The notes under the pieces were generated by a model that was not told the DNA's origin, did not search any database, and was given only the letters and a program-made list of their open reading frames with translations. 64,000 nt of DNA from a bacterium (GTDB lineage: Bacteria > Patescibacteriota > Saccharimonadia > CAILAD01 > GCA-016700035), in contig CP064998.1 of assembly GCA_016700035.1 (NCBI GenBank), forward strand, positions 267,848 through 331,847, given 5' to 3'. Both the position numbers and the translations under genes were made by a program. Numbering within the stretch: position 1 is the stretch's first letter; the number at the start of each line of letters is the position of its first letter. Of the stretch, positions 9,387-18,390 are shown one piece after another.

Positions 9387-10444
9387 GTTTGCTTGGCGAG
9401 AGCTTGATCAATGTCAGCTTGTTTAAGGGCTTCGTGGTGTTCATCTAGTGCACCATCCATAAACCGCGTTAGGCCATGGGTGGTGAAGCTAATGCGGTGA
9501 TCAGTGATGCGGTCTTGAGGGAAGTTATATGTGCGAATCTTCTCAGAGCGGTCACCGGTACCGATTTGTGAAAGCCTGGCATCACCAAGCTCCTGGCGAC
9601 GCTTTTCCTCTTCTAGAGCTAGCAGGCGAGAACGCAAAACATTCATAGCTTTAGCTCGGTTTTTAATCTGGCTCTTCTCATCCTGGCAGGTTACCACAAT
9701 ACCGGTTGGCAGGTGGGTAAGACGGACGGCTGAGTCGGTGGTGTTAACACTTTGTCCGCCATGTCCGGAGGAGCGATAAACATCAACTCGAACTTCATTA
9801 TCGGCAATCTCCAGCTCGGTTTCCTCGGCTTCTGGCAGTACGGCAACAGTTACGGTGGAGGTATGAATGCGGCCCTGACTTTCGGTGGCTGGTACGCGTT
9901 GGACTCGATGTACGCCAGATTCGTATTTAAATTGGCCATAAGCTTCTAGGCCGGAAGCCTCGATGATGATTTCTTTATAGCCACCGACTTCATTGGGGCT
10001 TTCCGAGAGCATAGTTAGCTTTAGGTTGTGGGTTTCGGCAAATCGGCCATACATGCGCGCGAGCTCGCCGGCAAAGAGTGAGCTTTCATCGCCACCGGCA
10101 CCGGCCCGGATTTCGATAATAGCAGTTTTATTATCATTGGGGTCGGCAGGCACGAGGGCGGTTCGAACTTTATCTTGGAGGCCTTCCAGCTTTGTTTCAA
10201 GCTCAGGAACTTCAGCTCGTGCTAGCTCACCCATTTCCGCATCATTAGCTAGGGCTTTGGCGTCTTTTAGTTCGGCTTCGGTCTTCTGTACATCAAGAAA
10301 CAGCTCTAGCCGACTCTGTAAATCACGTTGTTCGTGCACCAAACTAGCTGCTTTGGCGCTGGCATAGATTTCGGGGCGCGCAAGCTCGGCCTCGAGCTCG
10401 GCGAGACGGATGTTAAGTTTGTCGATGGTGGCTTGGTCAATCAT
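9383..10444 (-). CDS. prfA: Peptide chain release factor 1
   Basis: RF1 tripeptide 'PAT' in 'VQRVPATESQGRIHTST'; GGQ motif 'SSGHGGQSVNTTDSAVR'. Confidence 0.9.
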   Translation of the reverse strand: MIDQATIDKLNIRLAELEAELARPEIYASAKAASLVHEQRDLQSRLELFLDVQKTEAELKDAKALANDAEMGELARAEVPELETKLEGLQDKVRTALVPADPNDNKTAIIEIRAGAGGDESSLFAGELARMYGRFAETHNLKLTMLSESPNEVGGYKEIIIEASGLEAYGQFKYESGVHRVQRVPATESQGRIHTSTVTVAVLPEAEETELEIADNEVRVDVYRSSGHGGQSVNTTDSAVRLTHLPTGIVVTCQDEKSQIKNRAKAMNVLRSRLLALEEEKRRQELGDARLSQIGTGDRSEKIRTYNFPQDRITDHRISFTTHGLTRFMDGALDEHHEALKQADIDQALAKQT

Positions 10445-10517
10445 GGTATTTTGATTAATTTCATTTTACAGCAGAAAGACGCCCAGCTGTAGGGCGCCTT
10501 TCTAAACTTTAAAAAGA

Positions 10518-10907
10518 TTATTCTCCGTCAGCTTTGGCTTTGGCTGCGGGCTTGGTAGATTTTTTAGTATCTTTTGTTACGGTATCGACGGTGTGATCTT
10601 TAAGTTCGGCCTTAATTTCTTTTAGTGAAGTTTTAGCATCTTTGGGCGTCTTAGTGGCCTTTTCTTTCTTGGTAGTTTTTGGCTTGGCAGACTGTTTTAA
10701 CTCACCACTTTTTTTGCGCAAAGCTTCAAAGCGATCAACTCGACCCGCGGTGTCGACGAGTTTTTGCTTGCCGGTGTAGAACGGATGGCAATTTGAGCAA
10801 ATTTCTACAGTGATTTCTGGGACAGTAGAGTGGCTCGAAAAAGTAGTGTCGCAACCCAGGCAAGTAACCTTGGTTTCGACCCAATCTGGATGAATATTAG
10901 CTTTCAT
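10518..10907 (-). CDS. rpmE: 50S ribosomal protein L31 with a ~60-aa Lys/Thr-rich C-terminal extension
   Basis: 'MKANIHPDW...CxxC...[24 protein letters not shown]' is the L31 zinc-ribbon core. A long KT-rich tail follows. Confidence 0.8.
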   Translation of the reverse strand: MKANIHPDWVETKVTCLGCDTTFSSHSTVPEITVEICSNCHPFYTGKQKLVDTAGRVDRFEALRKKSGELKQSAKPKTTKKEKATKTPKDAKTSLKEIKAELKDHTVDTVTKDTKKSTKPAAKAKADGE

Positions 10908-10994
10908 AACCTCAGTATCTTACCAGGTTTGACAGCTTGGGTCAAGGATGAATATAATTAAGCATAACAAACTTAATTAAAAAAGGAAAAAATA

Positions 10995-11597
10995 ATGCCA
11001 GAGCCACATAATCCAGAGCATGCCTCAGATAGCCAGCGAGATTTTAAGCCGTCGGTGCCAGATTTGAGGCCAAATCTAGGAGAGTATCAAACAATTGGAA
11101 CTGGCAATCCGGATCGTGGTTTAGCTACGCACTTTGAGAATAATGAGGTAGGCGAGGAAGCAGACTCCTTGCGTCGTGATCACAGAGGATTTAATACGAT
11201 GCGCGAAACACACCAAGAAAATGCTCGAGATAGTCGTGAGAGGTTTGGTGATGCACACAATGCAATTTGGGAGCTAAAATTCGCCTTTGACGATACTGAT
11301 CCGGAGAATTTAATGGACAGAGCAGTGTTATTGGAGGCTCAAAAAATTCTTGAAAAGCGCAGGGATGAATCCGGAGAATGGATACATTCGGAAGAGCGGA
11401 AGGCTGATACAGCTGAGCTAGGTTATCATCGAAATGATATAGAGGCTCGCAATCATTATTACACCAACGAAGAGGCTTATAAAAACCAAGCGGTGAATGA
11501 CTATCGTCGTGCGCAGGCCACCAACCCAGAGCGCTACCCAGAAGATCTAAATTATCCTGGTTATACCGATCAGGCTCCATCGCCAGAGCGGTCTTAA
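10995..11597 (+). CDS. Hydrophilic, charged hypothetical protein
   Basis: 200 aa with no TM segment; AAGGAAAAAA purine-rich RBS; no recognisable motif. Confidence 0.4.
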   Translation: MPEPHNPEHASDSQRDFKPSVPDLRPNLGEYQTIGTGNPDRGLATHFENNEVGEEADSLRRDHRGFNTMRETHQENARDSRERFGDAHNAIWELKFAFDDTDPENLMDRAVLLEAQKILEKRRDESGEWIHSEERKADTAELGYHRNDIEARNHYYTNEEAYKNQAVNDYRRAQATNPERYPEDLNYPGYTDQAPSPERS

Positions 11598-11702
11598 ATT
11601 TACTCTAGACTTTAAGTAGCTTGTGGTTTTTTAAAGGGGTATTGATTGATGCTTGGTCTGGGGTGTTAATTTTTTAAAGATACTTTCAAATAAGAAAAGA
11701 AG

Positions 11703-11730
11703 AGCCCACATCATGTGATATGGGCTTTTT
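11703..11730. terminator. Bidirectional intrinsic terminator between convergent genes
   Basis: Hairpin AGCCCA(c)AT / AT(a)TGGGCT with T5 on the plus strand and a T-rich run on the minus strand. Confidence 0.5.
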
Positions 11731-11758
11731 GGGATAAAAACGACTTGATGAGCTTTCT

Positions 11759-12109
11759 CTATGAGGTCGTGGCCAGTACAGGGCGCGCGACGACCGATCC
11801 GGCTTCGAGCTCGGCCAGCAATTCAATGTCTTTGCGTGAAATCGGGCGACGACGGGTGCGACGCAGGCCACTGCTGGGACGGGTAGGTCGGATAATGTGT
11901 GGGGCCTTGTCGGGGATGTTGCTGACAGCAGCAGCCCAGTAGCCCTCGGGGCAATGGCATAGGGCAATCACCACTGTGTAGTCACCGCAAATGACAGTAT
12001 GGACATACTGACTCGTCCAGCTTACTGGAGTGAAGTGAAGCTCACGCACCAGAGCATCTGCCGCCCAGTCTGGACAGCAGGCTCGATGTACACACTCTTC
12101 GGAATTCAT
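11759..12109 (-). CDS. Small Cys/His-rich protein, possible metal-binding, unknown function (high-GC gene)
   Basis: 116 aa with Cys at 6, 11, 12, 41, 51 and 53 and a basic C-terminal tail 'RRTRRRPISRK'. RBS AAGGGGGAA 4 nt upstream. GC ~58 %. Confidence 0.4.
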   Translation of the reverse strand: MNSEECVHRACCPDWAADALVRELHFTPVSWTSQYVHTVICGDYTVVIALCHCPEGYWAAAVSNIPDKAPHIIRPTRPSSGLRRTRRRPISRKDIELLAELEAGSVVARPVLATTS

Positions 12110-12375
12110 GGTTCCCCCTTGTTTTTTAGAAGTCTGTGTGTTGGATTTCGACCGTTTTTATCTATCGAGATGGATACTTCACACCTCGAATATTCGTTTC
12201 TGAACCCTCTAAAGTTCAGGATTAAGGTTCGACTTTTTGAAAAGAAAAAGTACTTACTAATATTATACTCCCCACCGTCAATACTTTTCTATGTGGGTGG
12301 AGGCTTGAATTCTTTAAAGCTGGAAATAACCATACTTTATTTTAGATAATGCAGAAAAGGGTACTAACCACAACA

Positions 12376-12410
12376 CCCCCTGCTCATACGAACAGGAGGT
12401 GTTGATTGTG
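12376..12410 (-). terminator. Putative terminator downstream of the Rpf-like gene
   Basis: 9-bp stem CACCCCCTG/CAGGAGGTG with one mismatch; T-rich tract follows on the minus strand. Confidence 0.3.
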
Positions 12411-12432
12411 GCCTATAGGGCCAGGCTTTAAT

Positions 12433-12990
12433 TTACATTAAGCCAAGCTTACGGGCGCACGATGGCCATGGACTCCAACCGCGACGGGCTTGAGTTTCAC
12501 GAGCCTTGGCGTCTTGAACTTCTGGTGGAGCGAGGTCGGGCCTCGAAAATCCACCGAAGTTGGCCCAAGTGCTAATGCTGTACTGATAGGCACCGAAGTA
12601 GCCATTGCCAGTATTTTTGGTGTAGTCACCACCAGCCTCACAGAAGCGGAGCTTCGCAAAAGCGTCAGATCCACCAATTACTAGTGGAGCGGCTTTTTGG
12701 ATGGCTTTATGAGCTATCTGCCTAGCTTTCTGAGTAGCTTTTCGGCTCGCTCCTTCAGTAGCTTGAGCGGCGCGCAACGGACTTCCGACAGCTTCATCAA
12801 AGCTTGGTTTAATCGATGCGATCACCAGGGGCTGGTGAGTGTTGGTGACAAGTTGGATTTTATGGGTGCTTGTGCTACCAGCTTGAGCGATATGCGTTAG
12901 CTGGGCGGTGGCTGGGAGTTGCACAGCCTGTGAAGCCACCTGAGCGAATATCATGACGGCAGAGGTCATAATATGTGTGTAGATACGCAT
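12433..12990 (-). CDS. Secreted resuscitation-promoting-factor (Rpf)-like transglycosylase domain protein
   Basis: N-terminal signal peptide. C-terminal 'CEAGGDYTKNTGNGYFGAYQYSISTWANFGG...GWSPWPSCARKLGL' matches the Rpf domain signature of actinobacterial Rpf (CE-GG-NTGNG-FYGG-QF-TW...WP-C-KLGL). Confidence 0.7.
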   Translation of the reverse strand: MRIYTHIMTSAVMIFAQVASQAVQLPATAQLTHIAQAGSTSTHKIQLVTNTHQPLVIASIKPSFDEAVGSPLRAAQATEGASRKATQKARQIAHKAIQKAAPLVIGGSDAFAKLRFCEAGGDYTKNTGNGYFGAYQYSISTWANFGGFSRPDLAPPEVQDAKARETQARRGWSPWPSCARKLGLM

Positions 12991-13371
12991 AGGTCTCTTG
13001 GGAACCCAAGAAGAACTACTCCTATTCTACCCTCCACCTCACACCTGTACGTATGGTGTCGAGCTGTGACAGCAACGTACGCTTTAGGGGTGTTAAGCCT
13101 CTTGAAAGCAAAATGACCTTACCAGGGGTAGGGCCGTATTGATTCAAGATCGCGGACTATATTACTAAATCACAAGCACTTTGTCAAGGCCTATTTTGGG
13201 ACTTTTTTGATATATGGTGGTTGATTATTTTTTATAAAGTTGACTCTTATCTGTAAATCCGGTAAAGTGAGTAGGCTAAGTTATTAATGTTACAGTAGCT
13301 TCACGAGTGAGCTAGTAAAGCCACTCATCTTCCTCCCGCTCGGGACGGAGCTACCTACGAAAGAAGGAAGT

Positions 13372-14130
13372 ATGCCAACTAAGAAAACCGCTACCGCTGT
13401 AGCAAAATCAGATAAAACTATTGCTGTAAAAGAGCTCTTGCAGGCTGGTGCCCATTTTGGACATCGTACCGAGCGCTGGCACCCAAAGATGTCTCCATAT
13501 ATTCACGGTGCTCGGGGTGGCGTGCATATTATCGATCTCGTCCAAACCGAGGATTTACTCGAGGAAGCTGAGAAATTTGTACGCCAAATTACTGCTCAGG
13601 GGAAAGAAGTGCTGTTTGTTGCTACTAAGCGCCAAGCTAAAGTGATTGTCACCGAAGCTGCTAAAAGCGCTGGTATGCCATACGTTACGCATCGTTGGCT
13701 CGGTGGAATGATGACCAACTGGGAAACTATCTCGAAGCGAATTCGACACTTGAAAAAGCTCGAGGTTGCTCGAGCTGATGGTAGTCTGGATCGTATGACT
13801 AAGAAAGAGCGCCTATTAATTGATAATGAGATTGAGAAACTGACCAAGGTATTTTTAGGTGTAAAAGAGCTTGAGGGTGCTCCAGGTGCAATTTTTGTAG
13901 TGGATGTGATGCGCGAAGAGACTGCTATTAAGGAAGCAAAGACGCTTAAAATTCCAGTTATTGCTATGGCCGACACAAATGCTAACCCAGAGTTGGTTGA
14001 TTATGTTATTCCTGCCAATGATGATGCAATCCGTTCAATTCAGCTAATTACTGGTCGAATCGCACGAGCCGCTTCTGAAGGCAAGGCCGAATATGACGCA
14101 AAAACCAAACAAGATGTGGAGGAGAAGTAA
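13372..14130 (+). CDS. rpsB: 30S ribosomal protein S2
   Basis: 252 aa; 'LLQAGAHFGHRTERWHPKM' and 'WLGGMMTNW' are S2 signatures; ~380-nt upstream leader. Confidence 0.9.
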   Translation: MPTKKTATAVAKSDKTIAVKELLQAGAHFGHRTERWHPKMSPYIHGARGGVHIIDLVQTEDLLEEAEKFVRQITAQGKEVLFVATKRQAKVIVTEAAKSAGMPYVTHRWLGGMMTNWETISKRIRHLKKLEVARADGSLDRMTKKERLLIDNEIEKLTKVFLGVKELEGAPGAIFVVDVMREETAIKEAKTLKIPVIAMADTNANPELVDYVIPANDDAIRSIQLITGRIARAASEGKAEYDAKTKQDVEEK

Positions 14131-14133
14131 AAT

Positions 14134-14724
14134 ATGACAATTGCAGTTGCTGACATTCAAAAATTACGTCAAATGACTGGCGCCGGCATGATGAAGGCCA
14201 AAGAGGCATTAGAAGAAGCTGGTGGTGACATTGAAAAAGCTCAGGAAATTCTCCGCATAAAAGGTATGGCGAGCGCCGACAAGAAGGCTGATCGTGTGGC
14301 TGGTGCTGGTATGATTGGCAGCTATGTGCATGGTGGGCGGATTGGTGTATTGGTAGAAGTTAATTGTGAGACCGATTTTGTAGTGAAGACGGCTGATTTT
14401 CAGGAGCTAGTAGAAGAGCTTTCTCTGCATATTGCCGCGATGAATCCACAGTACGTAAAGCGTGATGAAGTGCCAGAGGAAGTGATTGCTAAAGAAAAAG
14501 CTTTGTTTGAGGATGAAGTGAAGGAATCTGGTAAGCCCGCCGAGCATGCCACGAAAATTGTTGAAGGTAAGGTGGATAAGTGGATGGCTAGTATTTGCTT
14601 ATTAGAGCAACCTTATTATAAGGACGATAAGCAAACCATCGAAGATCTCGTGAAGGCTGCCATCGGTAAGCTGGGTGAGAATATTGTGGTGCATCGTTTT
14701 GTGCGCTTAGAGCTGGGTGCTTAA
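14134..14724 (+). CDS. tsf: Elongation factor Ts (short, single-core form)
   Basis: 'IQKLRQMTGAGMMKAKEALEEAGGDIEKAQEILR' UBA-like N-terminus; 196 aa; follows rpsB by 3 nt. Confidence 0.85.
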   Translation: MTIAVADIQKLRQMTGAGMMKAKEALEEAGGDIEKAQEILRIKGMASADKKADRVAGAGMIGSYVHGGRIGVLVEVNCETDFVVKTADFQELVEELSLHIAAMNPQYVKRDEVPEEVIAKEKALFEDEVKESGKPAEHATKIVEGKVDKWMASICLLEQPYYKDDKQTIEDLVKAAIGKLGENIVVHRFVRLELGA

Positions 14725-14751
14725 GTAGCTCGCATAGGCTACAATATAAGT

Positions 14752-15309
14752 ATGCAAGAAATTACTCGTAATACTGAAGAAGTGATGAAGCGTGGTTTGG
14801 AATATTTTCAGACTGAGCTGGATGGCGTGCAGGCTGGACGAGCTAACACTAGCCTGATTGAAGGCGTGAAAGTAGATGCCTATGGTCAGGAGATGACGAT
14901 GAAGCAAGTGGGGACAATTTCCACGCCAGATGCGCGTACTTTGCAGGTTCAGGTGTGGGATCAGGCTTTAGTGACTGCGGTGGAGAAAGCTATTCGTGAC
15001 GATTCTTCGCTTGGCCTATCGCCTGCTACCGATGGCAATATGGTACGTATGCAAATTCCGGCCATGACCGAGGAACGACGGCAATTATTAGTAAAAGGGC
15101 TTTCAGAAAAGCTTGAAGCGGCTAATGTTACATTGCGCAATGCTCGCCATGACGGACTAAAAAAAGCTAAATCTGCCAAAGAAGATGGCTCGATGCCAGA
15201 AGATGAATATTTTAAGACCGAAAAAGCGCTGGATGAACTAACCCGCGAATATCAGAGTAGGGCTCAGCAAATCTTTGAAACTAAAAAGCAAGAAGTCTTA
15301 ACTGTCTAG
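14752..15309 (+). CDS. frr: Ribosome recycling factor
   Basis: 185 aa; typical RRF sequence ('LQTELDGVQAGRANTSLIEGVKVDAYG...'). Confidence 0.9.
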   Translation: MQEITRNTEEVMKRGLEYFQTELDGVQAGRANTSLIEGVKVDAYGQEMTMKQVGTISTPDARTLQVQVWDQALVTAVEKAIRDDSSLGLSPATDGNMVRMQIPAMTEERRQLLVKGLSEKLEAANVTLRNARHDGLKKAKSAKEDGSMPEDEYFKTEKALDELTREYQSRAQQIFETKKQEVLTV

Positions 15310-15362
15310 CTTGATATTTATATAGCTTCATAATTAATATCGGTTAGTTCGTACTAGTTTAA

Positions 15363-15450
15363 ACTTCTGGCTCTATGTGGTTAGAGCTATCGGTCTACTT
15401 ACTTTTGGTAGCTATCTAGTCCGTCAGTATGGTATTGGGTGGAAAATTAG
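15363..15450 (+). pseudogene. Remnant of the 3' end (TM anchor + basic tail) of an NHL-cassette gene
   Basis: ~85 % nt identity to 18068-18151 and 63426-63506. Translates to NFWLYVVRAIGLLTFGSYLVRQYGIGWKIRRN*, matching NFWLYVVGAISLLGAGSYLVRQYSRR* of the intact copies. There is no upstream ORF. Confidence 0.45.
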
Positions 15451-15589
15451 GCGTAACTAATAAAGCCTACATCAATATAGTTAACGTATATTAAAATATC
15501 ATGGCTATCAATAAATCATAGGCTTGCCATCTAAAATAATAGTAGTTATGATTAATGCAATAGTTAGAATAACTATATTTAATAAGCAT

Positions 15590-18151
15590 ATGCCAACAAA
15601 AACTCCCAGCCTAATCAATAATCAATCTAAGCTTAATTTGCGTTGGAATAGCCTATGGCTTATAACAGCTATATTCACAGTACTCTTGCTAGCGATTGGT
15701 TATTTTGCCGTACCGTATGTTCGGGCTGCTGGTGAAATTACGTATAATGGCTGTATTAATTGCCCGCCATCCAATGGTATAGCCGGGCCAACTGATACAG
15801 CCATTGATTCACAAGGTAATATATATGTATTAATGAGGGATGTAGAATTTGGAGGGGTTGCTAAGTTTAGTAGTGCAGGTACTTTATTGACGCGTTGGGG
15901 AGGGTATGGTTCGGATTTAGGTAATCTTGGATCCGGTCCATATGGGATCGCAGCCGATGCTAGCGATAATATTTATGTGGCAGATACCGGCAATAATCGT
16001 ATTCAAAAATTTGGTAGCAATGGGCAAAATCCATCATCATTTGGTGCGTATGGAACAGCAGAAGGGCAATTTAATGCTCCGAAAGATATAGTGGTGGATG
16101 GGTTAAGCATATATGTAGTAGATCAATTGAACCATCGTATCCAAAAATTTGATAATAACTGGAACTTTGTTATGACGTGGGGCTGGGGTGTAGACGATGG
16201 TTCGGCTGCATTTCAAATTTGTACATCGGGTTGTCAGGCTGGTGCTTCGAACTCAGGTGGCTTTAGCGCGCCAGATGCTATAACGGTGGATAGCAATCAT
16301 GATGTTTATGTTTATGATGATAGTAGAGTACAAAAATTTAGTAGTACAGGAACACTACTAAATAGTGTTGGTAGCTCTGGGTCGGGATCCGGTGAGTTTT
16401 CGGGTTCTTATGGTGGTGTTGACGTAGATTCTAGTGATAATTTATATGTTGTTGATGACGGTAATAGTAGGGTACAGAAATTTAATTCAGCCGGCGTGTT
16501 TCAAGAGTCTTTTGGTGGATATGGTAATAGTGCCAATGATGAATTTAGTAGCCCACAGGGAATAATGGTAGACACTGCAGATAATGTTTATGTTTCAGAT
16601 TCCGGTAATAGTCGAGTGCAGAAGTTTTCCAATGCTGTTTACCAACAGACATTTGGCACCAGTTTGCCTGGCTGGTCGCAGGGTCTCTTGGCAAGTGGTG
16701 CTGGCATTATGTTTGGTGGTAGATCAGATACAGATAGTCAGGGTAATTTATACATACCGGAGATCATGGGGAATCGGATTAGTAAATATAATAGTAGCGG
16801 TACGCGCATTGGTTTATGGGGAGGTTATGGTAGTGGACCTGGTGAGTTTAGCGAGCCTTCTTCAGTGGCGGTAGATACTAGCGATATGGTTTATGTTTCA
16901 GATACATCTAACAGACGCATTCAGAAATTTGATAGTTCCGGCAATCAACTACAAGAGTTTGGTGCATATGGATCTGGAGATCAGCAATTAGATACGGGGT
17001 ATGGTGGAGGTATAGCTCTGGATGGCGCTAATAATGTGTATGTAGCCGATACCGGCAATCATCGCATTCAACGATTCAACTCGGCTGGAGTTTCAGATTT
17101 GCGTTGGGGTAGTTATGGCATGGACGCAGGTGGGGAAATGAATAAACCAAATGCAGTAGCTATAGATAGTTCAGGCAATATTTATGTAGCAGATGGTGAG
17201 AACCCTCGCATTCAGAAGTTTTCATCTTCTGGTACGTTTATTATGATGTGGGGCTGGGGTGTTGATGATGGTTCGCAGGAGTTGCAAGTCTGTACGAGTG
17301 GCTGTCAGGCTGGACTACAGGGTAAGGGTACTGGGCAATTCTATAATTTATCTGACATCTCAATTGATTCGGCAGATAACGTTTATGTGTCGGATGGAAT
17401 GATAGGTGTTATGAAATTTGATACAAGTGGCAATTATATAGGCAAGTACTCTCAATCACTAACTGACACCCAGTTAGTCTATTCGCAGGGGCTTGCAATT
17501 GATAAGAAAACTCCCGGTCTCCTTCATGCCTCATCGTATTTTTGGGCAGTTAAACTCTGCGACACTGATGTCTCCACTAATAACTGCTCTGGCCCTAACG
17601 ATGGTGGCGGTAATACTGGTGGTGGAGAGGAATCTAGTACCTACTTCTACAACAACTCCTCCAATGACTCCATCACTTACCTAATAGCCCCAGACACTGC
17701 CACTAACTTCTCTCTGTCTGGCGTAGACTATGCTAGTTTACAAAAAGATGGATCCAATCTCTTCCCAGCTGGTCTCACAAGCTTTAACTTTGACACCACT
17801 CCTAACTCTGCTACAACCATTACCATCTACTACGATCTACCCGGTGCCCCAACAGGCTATACGGCTCGTAAATACAATCCAGCCAACCAAACCTATGCCG
17901 ATATTCCAGGAGCTATCATCGCCCGGGAAGATTACAGCGGTAAGAGTCGCCTCAAACTAACTTACTCCATCACAGACAATGGACCACTCGATCAAGATCC
18001 TACCCCAGGCCACGTAGTAGACCCAGTTGGTCTAGCTACTACCTCTACCTTCCTAGCTAGTACTGGCCTAAATTTCTGGCTCTATGTAGTTGGAGTCATC
18101 AGCCTACTTGGTGTTGGTGGCTATCTAGTCCGTCAATATAGTCGACGGTAG
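15590..18151 (+). CDS. Surface protein: N-terminal signal anchor, NHL-repeat beta-propeller(s), conserved C-terminal stalk domain, LAxTG-type cell-wall sorting signal
   Basis: Recurrent 'D.GNnRIQKF' NHL motifs. C-terminus '...DPVGLATTSTFLASTGLNFWLYVVGVISLLGVGGYLVRQYSRR'. Start set at the M aligned with the paralogue at 60918 (MPTKTPSLIN); the tracked ORF starts 66 nt earlier. Confidence 0.7.
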   Translation: MPTKTPSLINNQSKLNLRWNSLWLITAIFTVLLLAIGYFAVPYVRAAGEITYNGCINCPPSNGIAGPTDTAIDSQGNIYVLMRDVEFGGVAKFSSAGTLLTRWGGYGSDLGNLGSGPYGIAADASDNIYVADTGNNRIQKFGSNGQNPSSFGAYGTAEGQFNAPKDIVVDGLSIYVVDQLNHRIQKFDNNWNFVMTWGWGVDDGSAAFQICTSGCQAGASNSGGFSAPDAITVDSNHDVYVYDDSRVQKFSSTGTLLNSVGSSGSGSGEFSGSYGGVDVDSSDNLYVVDDGNSRVQKFNSAGVFQESFGGYGNSANDEFSSPQGIMVDTADNVYVSDSGNSRVQKFSNAVYQQTFGTSLPGWSQGLLASGAGIMFGGRSDTDSQGNLYIPEIMGNRISKYNSSGTRIGLWGGYGSGPGEFSEPSSVAVDTSDMVYVSDTSNRRIQKFDSSGNQLQEFGAYGSGDQQLDTGYGGGIALDGANNVYVADTGNHRIQRFNSAGVSDLRWGSYGMDAGGEMNKPNAVAIDSSGNIYVADGENPRIQKFSSSGTFIMMWGWGVDDGSQELQVCTSGCQAGLQGKGTGQFYNLSDISIDSADNVYVSDGMIGVMKFDTSGNYIGKYSQSLTDTQLVYSQGLAIDKKTPGLLHASSYFWAVKLCDTDVSTNNCSGPNDGGGNTGGGEESSTYFYNNSSNDSITYLIAPDTATNFSLSGVDYASLQKDGSNLFPAGLTSFNFDTTPNSATTITIYYDLPGAPTGYTARKYNPANQTYADIPGAIIAREDYSGKSRLKLTYSITDNGPLDQDPTPGHVVDPVGLATTSTFLASTGLNFWLYVVGVISLLGVGGYLVRQYSRR

Positions 18152-18390
18152 AAGGGGTGACTCAGAGCACTGTTGCTTAATAAGCAAACAACACTGTATT
18201 TGACGACCAATCTCTTGCATCTATAGCCCTAACCATAAGTACATTAATGTCTTGTATGAGAGAGTAGTTAGGTAGAGCATTAAATCAAGCACCCTCAAAA
18301 AACACCCAATCTACCCTCACACCCAATCTGGTTATGCTACAATACTAGAAAGAGTATAAGAGAAGAGTATTAAGAGGGTGTATAAAACAA

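Noticed and set aside
12200-12260. tRNA-like fragment ('…aaggttcgac…')
   Set aside because: Only a T-loop-like pentamer is present; I could not fold any acceptor, D or anticodon arm. No tRNA is called in this window.
12438-12900. Short ORFs on both strands inside the Rpf-like gene (12438-12677 minus, 12490-12684 plus, 12697-12900 plus)
   Set aside because: They lie in alternative frames of a gene with a clear signal peptide and Rpf domain, and have no RBS or motif support.
15524-15589. Upstream 22-codon extension of the NHL gene (MPSKIIVVMINAIVRITIFNKH)
   Set aside because: The paralogue 60918 starts at the aligned MPTKTPSLIN, and the extension lies in AT-rich leader sequence.
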